The translations under genes were made by a program, and so were the position numbers. Under the pieces are notes generated by a model. It saw nothing but the letters and a program-made list of their open reading frames with translations, had not been told where the DNA came from and did no database searches. DNA of 64,000 nt, taken from NCBI GenBank assembly GCA_046759445.1, contig JBHICG010000002.1, positions 1 to 64,000 on the forward strand. The letters are read 5' to 3'. Origin of the DNA: Candidatus Scalinduaceae bacterium. GTDB lineage: Bacteria > Planctomycetota > Brocadiia > Brocadiales > Scalinduaceae. Below are positions 9,694-19,646 of this stretch, piece after piece (position 1 is the first letter of the stretch; the number at the start of each line of letters is the position of its first letter).

Positions 9694-10332
9694 ATGGAAG
9701 CAAACTCTAAAAGAAGGGTTTTTATTAAGGAAACCCTAACGGACAGGGATCTAACGCAGGAGGACTTATCAAGCAGGTGCCTGATCGATAGTACGATACA
9801 GTCCTTCAAGTTAAGAGAAGGACGTTGCCGTTATCTACGAGCACAGGACACCCTCTTGAAGAATCTTTCCATTGATCATGTCCTCTGCGATAAGGGGCAT
9901 TATAAGAATTGTCATTTGAAAAATTTACAGGTTAGGGATTCCTTTCTTACCGAGAGCATTTTTTTCGGATGTAAGTTTGAGAAGATGGTGGGAGAGATAA
10001 GCTCCTTTGGTTTATCTACCTTTTACGACTGCAAGCTCCAGGGATCCTGCCTCAGTGAAATTTCCTTTAGCGGTTCCTGGTGGCATACCTGCCGGTTTGA
10101 GCAGGAAAATTACTTTTTTGTCCGTTTTCCTTCCTCAGTCTTTATTGATACTCAGTTTGTGGGGTGCCGTCTGCAAAAGGCTATTTTCAGGGCGGCAACC
10201 TTTATTCGATGTAGTTTTGAAAATTGTACGCTAGACGATACGGTATTTCATAAGGCCCGTTTAATAGATACGAAGTGGATTGATACTGATATAGATCAGG
10301 CAGCTAACCTGAAGGAGATTAGCTATGATTAG
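9694..10332 (+). CDS. Pentapeptide-repeat protein
   Basis: Repeating xxFxxCxL pattern (AIFRAATFIRCSFENCTLDDTVFHKARL); ATG 9694 preferred over TTG 9634. Confidence 0.8.
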   Translation: MEANSKRRVFIKETLTDRDLTQEDLSSRCLIDSTIQSFKLREGRCRYLRAQDTLLKNLSIDHVLCDKGHYKNCHLKNLQVRDSFLTESIFFGCKFEKMVGEISSFGLSTFYDCKLQGSCLSEISFSGSWWHTCRFEQENYFFVRFPSSVFIDTQFVGCRLQKAIFRAATFIRCSFENCTLDDTVFHKARLIDTKWIDTDIDQAANLKEISYD

Positions 10333-10352
10333 ACGTATTCTCAGTCAACTTC

Positions 10353-10958
10353 ATGATGGATCTCATAAATAACTATAGTATTATGATGACCAATCTGATA
10401 TTCAGGCGTTTTACAGTGGGGAATTTCGGTATCAACGGTTTTCTGATGGCGGATCCCGAGACCCGGATTGGGGTTTTTATTGACCCGGGTGGTTTTAGTA
10501 CTGAGATAGAGGCCTTTATTCAAGAGCGACAGATTCTGCTCAATTATCTTTTTTTTACGCATGGTCATTGGGATCATACCGGAGGTCTGCCAGAGTTCAA
10601 CCGCCGCTACACAGTCCAGTGCTATGCCGGTCAGGGGGAGGTCAGTGCTGCCAAACATCAGTTACGGGGTGGTGAGATGCTCGAGGTCGGGCATTTAAGA
10701 TTCGAGACGCTTTCCATACAGGGCCATACCCCCCATGGAATTTCGTACTATGGGTCCGGTTGTGTGTTTACGGGTGATGCTCTTTTTTGCGGGTCGGTTG
10801 GCGGGACAGGCTCACCAAAAACTGCACAGTGTCAGATCGACCATATCCGCAGGCATATCTTTGCCTTGCCAGATGAGACCCTGGTCTTTCCTGCCCATGG
10901 CCCCATGACCACGGTTGGAGTGGAAAAATATACCAATCCATTTTGCCAGGTAGGTTAG
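10353..10958 (+). CDS. Metallo-beta-lactamase-fold hydrolase (glyoxalase II-like)
   Basis: THGHWDH, GHTPHG, FTGDALF, PAHGPMTT. Confidence 0.9.
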   Translation: MMDLINNYSIMMTNLIFRRFTVGNFGINGFLMADPETRIGVFIDPGGFSTEIEAFIQERQILLNYLFFTHGHWDHTGGLPEFNRRYTVQCYAGQGEVSAAKHQLRGGEMLEVGHLRFETLSIQGHTPHGISYYGSGCVFTGDALFCGSVGGTGSPKTAQCQIDHIRRHIFALPDETLVFPAHGPMTTVGVEKYTNPFCQVG

Positions 10959-10996
10959 AGCATACAAATAATAAGAACAGCGACCCTTAAAAAAGG
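10955..10996 (+). repeat. Module-boundary motif, copy D
   Basis: 34/42 ungapped identity by manual alignment to the reverse complement of 56074-56115. Confidence 0.7.
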
Positions 10997-11335
10997 GGGA
11001 GTACGGAATATGTTTGATCTGCAATCAGGCCTGTCTTTTAAAAAGGGATAATTTGATAGAATTAAGGTAAAAAAAACTGGTAATTTTACAAAATAGCATT
11101 GTGAAGTGTTTGACTTATAAAAGTACCACCAAGCAAAAAACATCCCCTTTCCCCATATCCCGAAATATTTCCCCAAGTAACTTAGGAGTCTTAAAGGCTG
11201 GTTTCCTCTTGATTTTGATAATTAGTTGATTATCATAAACCTCAGAATTTGCACAGTCTAAAAAAGTCTTGCTTAGTTTCTTAAACAAGACTCATTACCA
11301 TACCTGAATAGAAAGGTAAATAATACATAAAAATT

Positions 11336-11890
11336 GTGGGGTTTATGGTAGCATGTTTATTAAGCGTATATAATGGGCAATCTTATGCCCAGAAAAATGA
11401 CTTTAAGATAAAGGTTGGGGTATATGTTCGTGGCGAAGAACACCTCAATGGTTTAATTGAAAGTTACATAAGTAAAGAGCTCAGGAGTCTAGATAATATT
11501 ATAGTAACCTATTCTAAACTTGATTGCGTAATTGACATTGTAGTAAAAGAACTTACAAACGGTAACGGCGGTGGGAAAAACGGTTATGCGCTTTCCGTAA
11601 CTATTGTTGACAGGTTTGATACTTTTCAAATAACAAGGGCAATTAAAGAATTAGATACCATAATCCCAAAGATCATAACTCAAACGATTGTGATAAAACA
11701 ACTGGAAGAATTATCGGAAGAATTAGTTGGTATAGCAATAAGTACCGCCAAAATTAAAAGTTATCATAATAGTTTTTTGTATACCGGAAGTGCTAGTCAA
11801 TTACGTGAACTATGTTTAAAAGTAGTCGCTGATTTTAATAACGAGTACCTTAAAGGGAAAAGGAAAGTGATGCAAAGAAGGTATTATTGA
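11336..11890 (+). CDS. Hypothetical exported protein
   Basis: 184-aa ORF with signal-peptide-like start ending SYA-Q. Confidence 0.6.
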   Translation: MGFMVACLLSVYNGQSYAQKNDFKIKVGVYVRGEEHLNGLIESYISKELRSLDNIIVTYSKLDCVIDIVVKELTNGNGGGKNGYALSVTIVDRFDTFQITRAIKELDTIIPKIITQTIVIKQLEELSEELVGIAISTAKIKSYHNSFLYTGSASQLRELCLKVVADFNNEYLKGKRKVMQRRYY

Positions 11891-11951
11891 TTAGAAGCAA
11901 TATGCGAAGCCTTGATACTATATATTCAATGTTAGAGGAAAGGAGCTATTA

Positions 11952-12143
11952 ATGAAAATTTTAATTGAAAGCCAAACGAGGATTAAAATGATTCCGGAAA
12001 CCGAACATGAGAAAGAGAGCCTTGATGCGCTGTGGAAGGTTGTTATCCGTTGCGATAAAGACAGTAAGGTATTATGCCCTATCGGCGCCTACATACCTTC
12101 GCAAGATGATGGTGCCAGCTTTGCAATACAAGACCAGCGGTGA
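11952..12143 (+). CDS. Small hypothetical protein
   Basis: 63 aa, strong AGGAG RBS. Confidence 0.7.
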   Translation: MKILIESQTRIKMIPETEHEKESLDALWKVVIRCDKDSKVLCPIGAYIPSQDDGASFAIQDQR

Positions 12144-12325
12144 TGGATGCAAGAAGCTAAAAGCAGGCAATTTTACAAAGTAAAATAACCAGAGGCAGGA
12201 TGCAAGAGAGAGGAAAGGGAGTTGTAGTAATAAGAATGTGAAACTGAAAAAGAGGATTCTTATCTATTAATAAATCTAAAAATATTTAAGGCAAACCCTG
12301 GCAAATAATATCGGGAGATATACAA

Positions 12326-12691
12326 ATGACAGTAAATAATACTGGAACGAAATCAGAAAGACGTAAGGGGCCAGATCTTTGGGTTAGGATACTTGGATGG
12401 CTTTGTGTTTTCGGCTGGTTTTTAATGTTTGTGGCTCTATTTATCATTGACAGGGCAAAACCACAAGCTGAAAACATGTTCACCAAAGCTGCAAAAATTG
12501 AAGTGCGTACTACTTGGAACCAAGAATTAACTAACTACCTTTTTTACTTAATGATTTTTGGACTTTGTATAAGCGTCATTGGAATTGTGATTAATTCTAG
12601 AAGGCATCATCGTGAAGATGACAGGTTCAGGTTTACCCTAATAATATTAGGAATAATATCGTTCTTAGGCATTATCAAATATCTTTTCTAG
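12326..12691 (+). CDS. Hypothetical membrane protein (3 TM)
   Basis: ERRKGPD N-terminus, three hydrophobic helices, GGAG RBS. Confidence 0.75.
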   Translation: MTVNNTGTKSERRKGPDLWVRILGWLCVFGWFLMFVALFIIDRAKPQAENMFTKAAKIEVRTTWNQELTNYLFYLMIFGLCISVIGIVINSRRHHREDDRFRFTLIILGIISFLGIIKYLF

Positions 12692-12926
12692 TTTTAATGC
12701 CGGATGGTTTAAAGTTTATAAATGTATTTTGCATCTATTTAATTACATGCTGTATACTTTGCAAAACCATAGTTGTTGTATTTTCTTTGCAATTTAGTTT
12801 TCATTAATCTAGGAGGAGGCGGTATACTCTTAACCGAAATATGAAAAAAACTCTTTAACAGAAAAAATGCCATTTCTGTTCTATGAGCGTTTATTCGAGA
12901 AGTAATGCAAAAAGAATAATGTTGAG

Positions 12927-13778
12927 ATGCAAGTTATGAGCAAAATATCTCTTTTTAAATTGTTAAACAAAGTAAAAGATCTGCCTCCTTTGCCCCAGAG
13001 TATTTCACAAATACTTGAACTCACTAGAAGTGCTAATTCTTCTGCTCAAGATTTAACAAGAGTATTTGAACGTGATCCAACGTTAACGGCAAATATCCTT
13101 AAGCTTGCAAACACATCTTTTTATGGTTTCAACAGGAAGATAACAACCATATCCCATGCAATAGTTTGTCTTGGCTTTAACACCGTTAAAAGCATCGCAT
13201 TAACCGCATCCACACAAGACATGTTGAATAATGAAATATCTGCGTATAATCTTGGAGAAGGAATGTTGTGGCAACATTCCACATCCTGCGCAACCTGTGC
13301 GAGAATAATTGCACAGCGTATTAGATATAAAGATTGTGAGGAAGCTTATATAGCAGGACTATTACATGATATTGGCAAGATTATACTGAGTAGTTTTGCA
13401 GAAGAACAATATGACCAAATAGTCGAGAAAACAAAGGACAATAAAACTCCATTTAATATAGCAGAAAAGGAAATTTTGGGTTTTGATCATCCCCAAATTG
13501 GTGGAAAAATTGTTGAGAAGTGGAACCTGCCACCCATTCTCGTAGAAGCAGTACAATATCACCACCAGCCAGATAAAGCCGAGATAAATAAAACACTGAC
13601 ATACATCGTACATCTTGCAGATGCAATTAGTGATATGCTTGGAATTGGACTTGGTAGCGACGGTCTTATGTATGTATTTGAAGAAAATACTTTCGATATT
13701 TTAGGCATTAGAAAGGAAGATGCAGAATCTATAATGAGCGAACTCGTCGATAAAATTCAAAGCACAGAGCAACAATAA
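12927..13778 (+). CDS. HDOD domain protein
   Basis: LPPLP, DPTLTANILKLAN, GLLHDIGK, GFDH, WNLP, YHH. Confidence 0.92.
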   Translation: MQVMSKISLFKLLNKVKDLPPLPQSISQILELTRSANSSAQDLTRVFERDPTLTANILKLANTSFYGFNRKITTISHAIVCLGFNTVKSIALTASTQDMLNNEISAYNLGEGMLWQHSTSCATCARIIAQRIRYKDCEEAYIAGLLHDIGKIILSSFAEEQYDQIVEKTKDNKTPFNIAEKEILGFDHPQIGGKIVEKWNLPPILVEAVQYHHQPDKAEINKTLTYIVHLADAISDMLGIGLGSDGLMYVFEENTFDILGIRKEDAESIMSELVDKIQSTEQQ

Positions 13779-13925
13779 TCATACTTTGGCACAGTCGTAG
13801 TCAGGGCACGAACGATATCCTTTTCCTACCTTAAGCTCTATCAGGTGAATCTTCTTTAAGAAATAGTCTGATGGGTTAAGGTTTCAAGTTAAGCAAACTC
13901 ATTAATGGAGGGATGAGGGCCAAAC

Positions 13926-14153
13926 CTAATCTGTTGACAAATGATTAAATCCATCAGGCTTATATTCTTTCCTTCGGTAATCAGTTTCATAAAAACCAGA
14001 CCCTTTAAAAATAATCGTACTACCTGCACCAATAAGACGCTTTAATTTCAGTTTGCCACATTTAGGACATTTTCTAATTGGTCTAGTGGATATTGACTGA
14101 AATAATTCAAATGTATGATCACATGTGGTGCATTTATAATCGTAAGTTGGCAT
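13926..14153 (-). CDS. FmdB-family zinc-ribbon protein
   Basis: MPTYDYKCTTC...CPKCG...IIFKGSGFYETDY. Confidence 0.9.
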   Translation of the reverse strand: MPTYDYKCTTCDHTFELFQSISTRPIRKCPKCGKLKLKRLIGAGSTIIFKGSGFYETDYRRKEYKPDGFNHLSTD

Positions 14154-14571
14154 ATTTCTTCTTCCTTGTAATTCGTTAAATTATTGCACTTGTGATTGTT
14201 TTTACAATGCCAAACAAGCACAAAATTAACTAACTTTATTATCGGCACACCATCAAAAAGACTTTAACACAAACTCTTTCCTTCGATACACTCCTAACCC
14301 ATTCACGCCAAATTACATACAGACTCTTATCTCCCATATTTTTTATTGACTTGAGTAATTAATTAGCTAATAATTTATATTCTTACAAAACCATAAAATT
14401 TTATCCCATGGATGGCATTTATGGAAATATAGCAACTTCGTTTCATAGTATCGTAAATAATAAATCTACTTGGATTATATGTTCTAATAGATGCAAAATA
14501 CTACGTCAATTGGGAAACCGAATTATAAGTTAGACAAAATCACAAGAAACCAATAAAGAGAAGATGAAGAA

Positions 14572-14958
14572 ATGACAGTACTGATTGAAGAACTTAAGAA
14601 GGAGCATTCGGAAATCGTTGCCGCACTCAACGAAGTAAAAGAACTTGGTATTCTTTCGAAAGAAGGGCAGGTAAAACTTATGTCTGCAAAAGCGCATTTG
14701 CTTACACATCTTAAAAAAGAGGACGAACAACTTTATCCGGCTCTTAGAAAAGAAGCGGAACATAATGAGAGTCTAAAAAAGCATTAGATTTATTCACAAT
14801 GGATATGGAGGATGTCTCAGAAGTTGTACAAGAATTCTTTGATAAATATTCTGGAGGAGTTTCGGAGAGAGTTTGAAAGCCTTTTCGTAGCTCTTGGTAA
14901 AAGGATAAGAAATGAAGAAGACGTTCTCTATGATGAGTATGAATTTATGAATCAGTAA
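14572..14958 (+). pseudogene. Hemerythrin/HHE cation-binding protein, two frameshifts
   Basis: LKKEH..HLKKEDEQLYP in the first frame; ALDLFTMDM..FFDKYS continues in another frame after the A-run at 14775-14780; EFESLF..RIRNEEDVLY resumes after a second shift, TAA at 14956-14958. Confidence 0.8.
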
Positions 14959-15060
14959 TATTTAAATTGGGGATACAGTACTTGATTATGTAGTTTTATA
15001 GATTATTTTTATATATTTAATAGTTGGAAAGCAAGTTATAACAAGAATGGAGGAGAAAAT

Positions 15061-15519
15061 ATGAGGAAACGTCTTGTCACATGTCTGGGAATCACAATCA
15101 TGGTGTTATTCTGCGTAAGAGCAGAAGCCATTGAGTGGGAGACCGATTTTGAGAAAGCTTTATCAGCCGCCAGGACTTCTGGTAAGTATATATTGCTTGA
15201 TTTTAGTGGATCAGACTGGTGCGGTTGGTGTATGAAACTGGAAAAGGAAGTATTCAATAAGGATGATTTCAAGAATTTTGCCAGAGAGCACCTTGTTTGT
15301 GTATTAGTGGATTTTCCCCGGCAAAAAAAACAGAGCAAGAAACTGAAGCAGCAAAATTGGGAGTTGGCAAAGAAGTACGGGATTCGAGGTTATCCAACTG
15401 TTATTATGCTCAGCCCAGAGGGAGAGCTGGTTGGCAAGACCGGATATCTACAAGGTGGACCCAGGATGTATGCGCAACACCTAAAGGAAATCATCGTTAA
15501 ACATAAGGCAAAACAATAA
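15061..15519 (+). CDS. Exported thioredoxin-family protein
   Basis: Signal peptide, FSGSDWCGWC, GYPT. Confidence 0.9.
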   Translation: MRKRLVTCLGITIMVLFCVRAEAIEWETDFEKALSAARTSGKYILLDFSGSDWCGWCMKLEKEVFNKDDFKNFAREHLVCVLVDFPRQKKQSKKLKQQNWELAKKYGIRGYPTVIMLSPEGELVGKTGYLQGGPRMYAQHLKEIIVKHKAKQ

Positions 15520-15685
15520 AGGAAATTGATCTCGGAACAACCGAAACTTTCCAAACGGTTTTGTGTGTAGATAGGAACAAATTCTGTTTTTCAAACAGGG
15601 ATATATTTGTCTGAAAATAGTTTAGAAGTTCAAGGAATTTAGTTATGCCAAATAAAAAATAAATTTTTCGGGAAGGGACCTTATA

Positions 15686-16870
15686 ATGAGAAGGGTTTAT
15701 CTTGACCATATAACCACTACACCAACAGACCCAAGAGTAGTTAAAGAGATGTTGCCTTTTTTTACAGAACATTTCGGCAATCCATCTTCACATCTGCATG
15801 AATATGGCTTAAGGGCTAAAAAAGCAGTGGATGAATCAAGGGAGAAAGTTGCAGATTTGATTAGAGCCAAACATGAGGAGATAATTTTTACTTTTACGGG
15901 AAGTGAGGCAAATAATCTGGCAATAAGAGGCTTAGCCCTTGCAAATAAAGATAAGGGAAGTCATATAATTATTTCAGAAATAGAACATTTTTCAATATTA
16001 TATACAGCAAGAGATTTAGAAAAAGAAGGTTTTCGGGTATCCTATCTAAGGGTAAACAAAGATGGTCTGGTAGATCCTAATGATGTCGCTAAAGCCATAA
16101 ACAAGGAGACCATCCTTGTTTCAATTATGCATGCAAACAACGAAATCGGCGTAATCGAACCTATACAGGAAATAGGAAAAATTACAAAAGAAAAGGGAGT
16201 TATATTTCACACGGATGCCGTTGCAACAGCGGGGATTATTCCAGTAGATGTTTCGAAACTGGGAGTAGACTCCCTGAGTATGACTTCACAATCATTTTAC
16301 GGTCCGAAGGGCATTGCCGCATTGTATTTAAAAGAAGGCATTGATATTATCCCCATAATGAAGGGAGGCGCTCAAGAAGGCGGCCGTAGACCCGGTACTG
16401 ATAACATACCAGGAATCGTGGGAATGGGTAAGGCCGCTGAACTTGCCAAGACCGAGATGAAGTCGAGAATCGAACACCTTGTCCCGCTTCGCGATAAGAT
16501 TATAAAAGAACTGCCGGAAAGGATAAAGTACTTCCATTTTACTGGACATTTAACAAATAGGCTTCCAGGACACGTAAGCTTTTGGATATCCTTTGCGGAG
16601 GGTGAGACACTGGTGTTATTCCTGAATTACAATGGTATAGCAACTGCCAGTGGTTCAGCTTGTAGCTCTCCAGATCTTCAGGCATCTCACGTGCTTACCG
16701 CTATAGGCGTACCTCCAGATGTATGTCATGGTTCAATTACTGTGAGCCTTGGAAAGGATAGTACAGAAGAGGACGTTGATTATTTTCTAGATACATTACC
16801 AAAGGTAGTGGAGAGATGCTGGCATATGTCTCCCCTGTATGAGGATGAATTAAAAAAGCAGAAGGCGTAA
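15686..16870 (+). CDS. IscS/NifS-like cysteine desulfurase family protein (atypical PLP motif)
   Basis: YLDH.TTT, GNPSS, HANNEIG, SGSACSS; SQSFYGPKG replaces GHKxYGPKG. Confidence 0.88.
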   Translation: MRRVYLDHITTTPTDPRVVKEMLPFFTEHFGNPSSHLHEYGLRAKKAVDESREKVADLIRAKHEEIIFTFTGSEANNLAIRGLALANKDKGSHIIISEIEHFSILYTARDLEKEGFRVSYLRVNKDGLVDPNDVAKAINKETILVSIMHANNEIGVIEPIQEIGKITKEKGVIFHTDAVATAGIIPVDVSKLGVDSLSMTSQSFYGPKGIAALYLKEGIDIIPIMKGGAQEGGRRPGTDNIPGIVGMGKAAELAKTEMKSRIEHLVPLRDKIIKELPERIKYFHFTGHLTNRLPGHVSFWISFAEGETLVLFLNYNGIATASGSACSSPDLQASHVLTAIGVPPDVCHGSITVSLGKDSTEEDVDYFLDTLPKVVERCWHMSPLYEDELKKQKA

Positions 16871-16916
16871 TCCACCATTTTTTGTTTATGTTTACGCCTT
16901 GTATGTCCTTTCCTTT

Positions 16917-17792
16917 CTAAAGAGAGCTACGTAGTTTATTGATTTCTTCTGACAAAGGCAGTGGTTTGTAGCCCAATGCTAATGCCTTGGTACTATCAAG
17001 GGAGACATCGGGTGGTCTCGGCGCCGACATGGCTACATCCTTTTGCTTGCTTGGGATCAACCTGGGTTCTTGAATGTCTAAGACATCCTTGAGCAACTTA
17101 CCAAAATCATAACGTGAAATACGTTCAATGCCTCCTAAGTGTATTAGACCTGTTATTTTCTCAAGAGCCAGGAAAATCCCTTGAACGGCTGTTTGTACAC
17201 TTACGGGAGTCCTAAATTCATCTACAAATAATCTCAATTCTCGACCTTCTCTCATTGTCTCTATCATTGGTTGAATAAAACTTGTAGCTACAGGTCCCGA
17301 GATACCAAACATCAAAGGCATACGACAAACGGTGACCTTTGAATAATATTTAAACATGCCTTCCTCTGCCAATACTTTCTGCTCACCATAAATATTAACA
17401 GGGCAAACCTGGTCTTCTTCACAGTAAGGGGCATTAAGCCCATCAAAGACCAGGTCAGTTGAAGTGAAAACACACGGAATTGAATAATCAGCACAAAGAC
17501 CCGCAATACTGATTGAAGAATCTACGTTGATTTTTTGAGATTCAGTGCGATTTATCTGGCAGAAATTAGGATCAGTTTGCGCTGCAGTATGGATAACTAC
17601 ATCAGGATGTATCTTTTGAAATAGTTTCTTCAGTTCATTTAAATCGGTGAGATTAACTTTCAGTATATTTATGCCTGCAACTTCCATGTGACGGGAAAAA
17701 GCTGTTCCGAATGTCTTCCATTCTTTTTTTGCCACCTGACAGATATTCCAACCCAAAAAACCACTAGCACCCGTAACAAGTAATTTTTTCAT
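16917..17792 (-). CDS. RmlD-like NAD(P)-dependent oxidoreductase (SDR)
   Basis: TGASGFLG, STDLVFDG, YGEQK, RPPDVSL. Confidence 0.88.
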   Translation of the reverse strand: MKKLLVTGASGFLGWNICQVAKKEWKTFGTAFSRHMEVAGINILKVNLTDLNELKKLFQKIHPDVVIHTAAQTDPNFCQINRTESQKINVDSSISIAGLCADYSIPCVFTSTDLVFDGLNAPYCEEDQVCPVNIYGEQKVLAEEGMFKYYSKVTVCRMPLMFGISGPVATSFIQPMIETMREGRELRLFVDEFRTPVSVQTAVQGIFLALEKITGLIHLGGIERISRYDFGKLLKDVLDIQEPRLIPSKQKDVAMSAPRPPDVSLDSTKALALGYKPLPLSEEINKLRSSL

Positions 17793-17901
17793 AATTCATT
17801 TTTTCACCCTCATTATAGAAAAAATTAATGAAGTTATTTGTCCTATCTGAGGTGAAAGGAACGAATAGTTGCCATCTCAAAACTGTATATCAACTTGTCC
17901 C

Positions 17902-18840
17902 TTATTCACTACGTCCAGGATATTTCTCTTTAAGAGGTTGGCTGTCCCTATTTATGTGTGTTTGTTGAGCGAGGGCATTTCTTATGTATTTTGGAAGGTT
18001 AAAAAGAGCCTGGTGCGTTGTACCATCATAGAATCTCAATTCACCATTGACTCTTTCAGATATCCTTTGGTCTATGTCTTCCTTAGTTAACTGTGTTGGA
18101 TCAAGGTCATTTGTGGCAAGACAGAAACCCCAGAGCATAGCAAAAGATGGTACATAGGCGGCATAAGGAAAAACCTTTGTGAATACGTTCTTAAGGGTTT
18201 TATTAATGATGGTATAGGTGTTGAGGGCGACAAGGGAAGTGGTGCTTGCCTGTATGGAAAATAATCCTTGAGGGGTAAGCCTCTTCTTTACAATCTCGTA
18301 GAATTCTTGGGTAAAGAGTTTATAAGAGGGACCTCCTTCTAAAGGGCAGGTAATATCAATGATTATTACGTCAAATTTTTCATCAGTCTCCTCTATGAAC
18401 TGGCGACCATCCTTAAACAAGAGTATTGTCCTCTTATCTGAGAAACTACCGTTATGAAAGCTTGGCAGGTATTTCCTCGAGCATTCTACCACCTTTTCAT
18501 CAATATCTATCATCATAGCCTTTTTGACGGTCTTATGACGGAGTGCTTCTCTTAGGGCTGCACCCTCACCACCTCCTATGATGGCTACCTTGTTGGGTAT
18601 GGGATGTAGGATTAAGGCAGGTTGTACAAGGGCTTCGTGATAGACAAACTCATCCACCTCGGCTGACTGAAATTCATTATCGAGAATAAGAAATCTACCA
18701 AAGCATTGACTATCTGCAATTACTATCTCCTGAAGATCAGAATATCCATGATATATAGTTCCATTTATGGCATGCTTATGGACCTCATAGGGACTAAAAT
18801 AGTCGTAAATCCATCGTGAAGGGACATCTTTTTTCAACAT
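17902..18840 (-). CDS. speE: Polyamine aminopropyltransferase (spermidine synthase)
   Basis: DEFVYHEALV, IGGGEGAALRE, FDVIIID. Confidence 0.93.
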   Translation of the reverse strand: MLKKDVPSRWIYDYFSPYEVHKHAINGTIYHGYSDLQEIVIADSQCFGRFLILDNEFQSAEVDEFVYHEALVQPALILHPIPNKVAIIGGGEGAALREALRHKTVKKAMMIDIDEKVVECSRKYLPSFHNGSFSDKRTILLFKDGRQFIEETDEKFDVIIIDITCPLEGGPSYKLFTQEFYEIVKKRLTPQGLFSIQASTTSLVALNTYTIINKTLKNVFTKVFPYAAYVPSFAMLWGFCLATNDLDPTQLTKEDIDQRISERVNGELRFYDGTTHQALFNLPKYIRNALAQQTHINRDSQPLKEKYPGRSE

Positions 18841-19238
18841 ACATCCCCTATAACTTCAGAATGTGCCCTGGAAAGAATGGTTCCTGTTATCTGTGGAGAA
18901 CCTCTTTTTAGTTCAAGGGTGGTAGAATCCTTCGGTTCAAATCCCTCCAGTAAACGTTTTGTTGCTAACTGAGGATTAACAACTGTTCCACATGTAAAAA
19001 TATCAATGGCTACATAACCTTCTATAGGCCATGTATGGATTGCAATGTGAGATTCTGCCAGGATGGCTACACCGGTTATTCCCGGAGGATCAAACTCGTG
19101 ATAGAATTGCTTAATTACTGTAGCTCCGGCATCTTTAGCTGAATCACACAAGAGTTGCATTATCCTTTCTGTATCAGTAAGGACTTCCCTTTTACATTCC
19201 CACATCTCAAGTATGAGGTGTCGTCCGAATGCTTCCAT
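18834..19238 (-). CDS. speD: S-adenosylmethionine decarboxylase proenzyme
   Basis: GRHLILE, LAESHIAIHTWP, DIFTCG. Confidence 0.95.
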   Translation of the reverse strand: MEAFGRHLILEMWECKREVLTDTERIMQLLCDSAKDAGATVIKQFYHEFDPPGITGVAILAESHIAIHTWPIEGYVAIDIFTCGTVVNPQLATKRLLEGFEPKDSTTLELKRGSPQITGTILSRAHSEVIGDVC

Positions 19239-19472
19239 TCTCTGCCCCCCATTCTTACTTAAAAAGAAAGATAAAGAATAATTTGTAGCGATAGTTTGTT
19301 TTTGATGGGTATCAACACAAACCTGTAGGCATATAACACCTAATATTGCCTTAAATTACTCTAATAATCTTTTAATTTATATAATGGTTGTCTATTGATA
19401 AATAAAGACTTAAATCTTATATATTGGTTTTAGTTTGTCAAGAAAGATTTTGTTTCTTGTCATTTAAAGATA

Positions 19473-19501
19473 TTGACAATTTAATACTGATTTGATATAA
19501 A
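19473..19501 (+). promoter_or_regulatory. Sigma70-type promoter for fhs
   Basis: TTGACA (19473-19478), 17 bp, TATAAA (19496-19501) with upstream TG. Confidence 0.7.
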
Positions 19502-19559
19502 GTGCGACGTTCTAGCCAGGTTACCATTTACAAAGGCAGTTTCGTTATTATTAAATAGA

Positions 19560-19611
19560 CCAACGCTGTCTCAGTAATTTAATCGAATGAGATGGTGTTG
19601 GCCTTTTTTTT
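19560..19611 (+). terminator. Intrinsic terminator within the fhs 5' leader
   Basis: 14-bp stem CCAACGCTGTCTCA/TGAGATGGTGTTGG with three G-U pairs, then CC and T8. Confidence 0.7.
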
Positions 19612-19646
19612 AGTTAAATTATTAGACATTTTCAGGAGGTAGAAGA

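Noticed and set aside
14772..14787. A_AAA_AAG slippery heptamer in the hemerythrin-like gene, suggesting programmed -1 frameshifting
   Set aside because: A second, separate frame disruption near 14870 is also needed to complete the protein, so decay is the simpler reading
19588..19603. GAUGGUGUU resembles the fluoride riboswitch 5' motif
   Set aside because: It is the 3' arm of the terminator and the rest of the aptamer is absent
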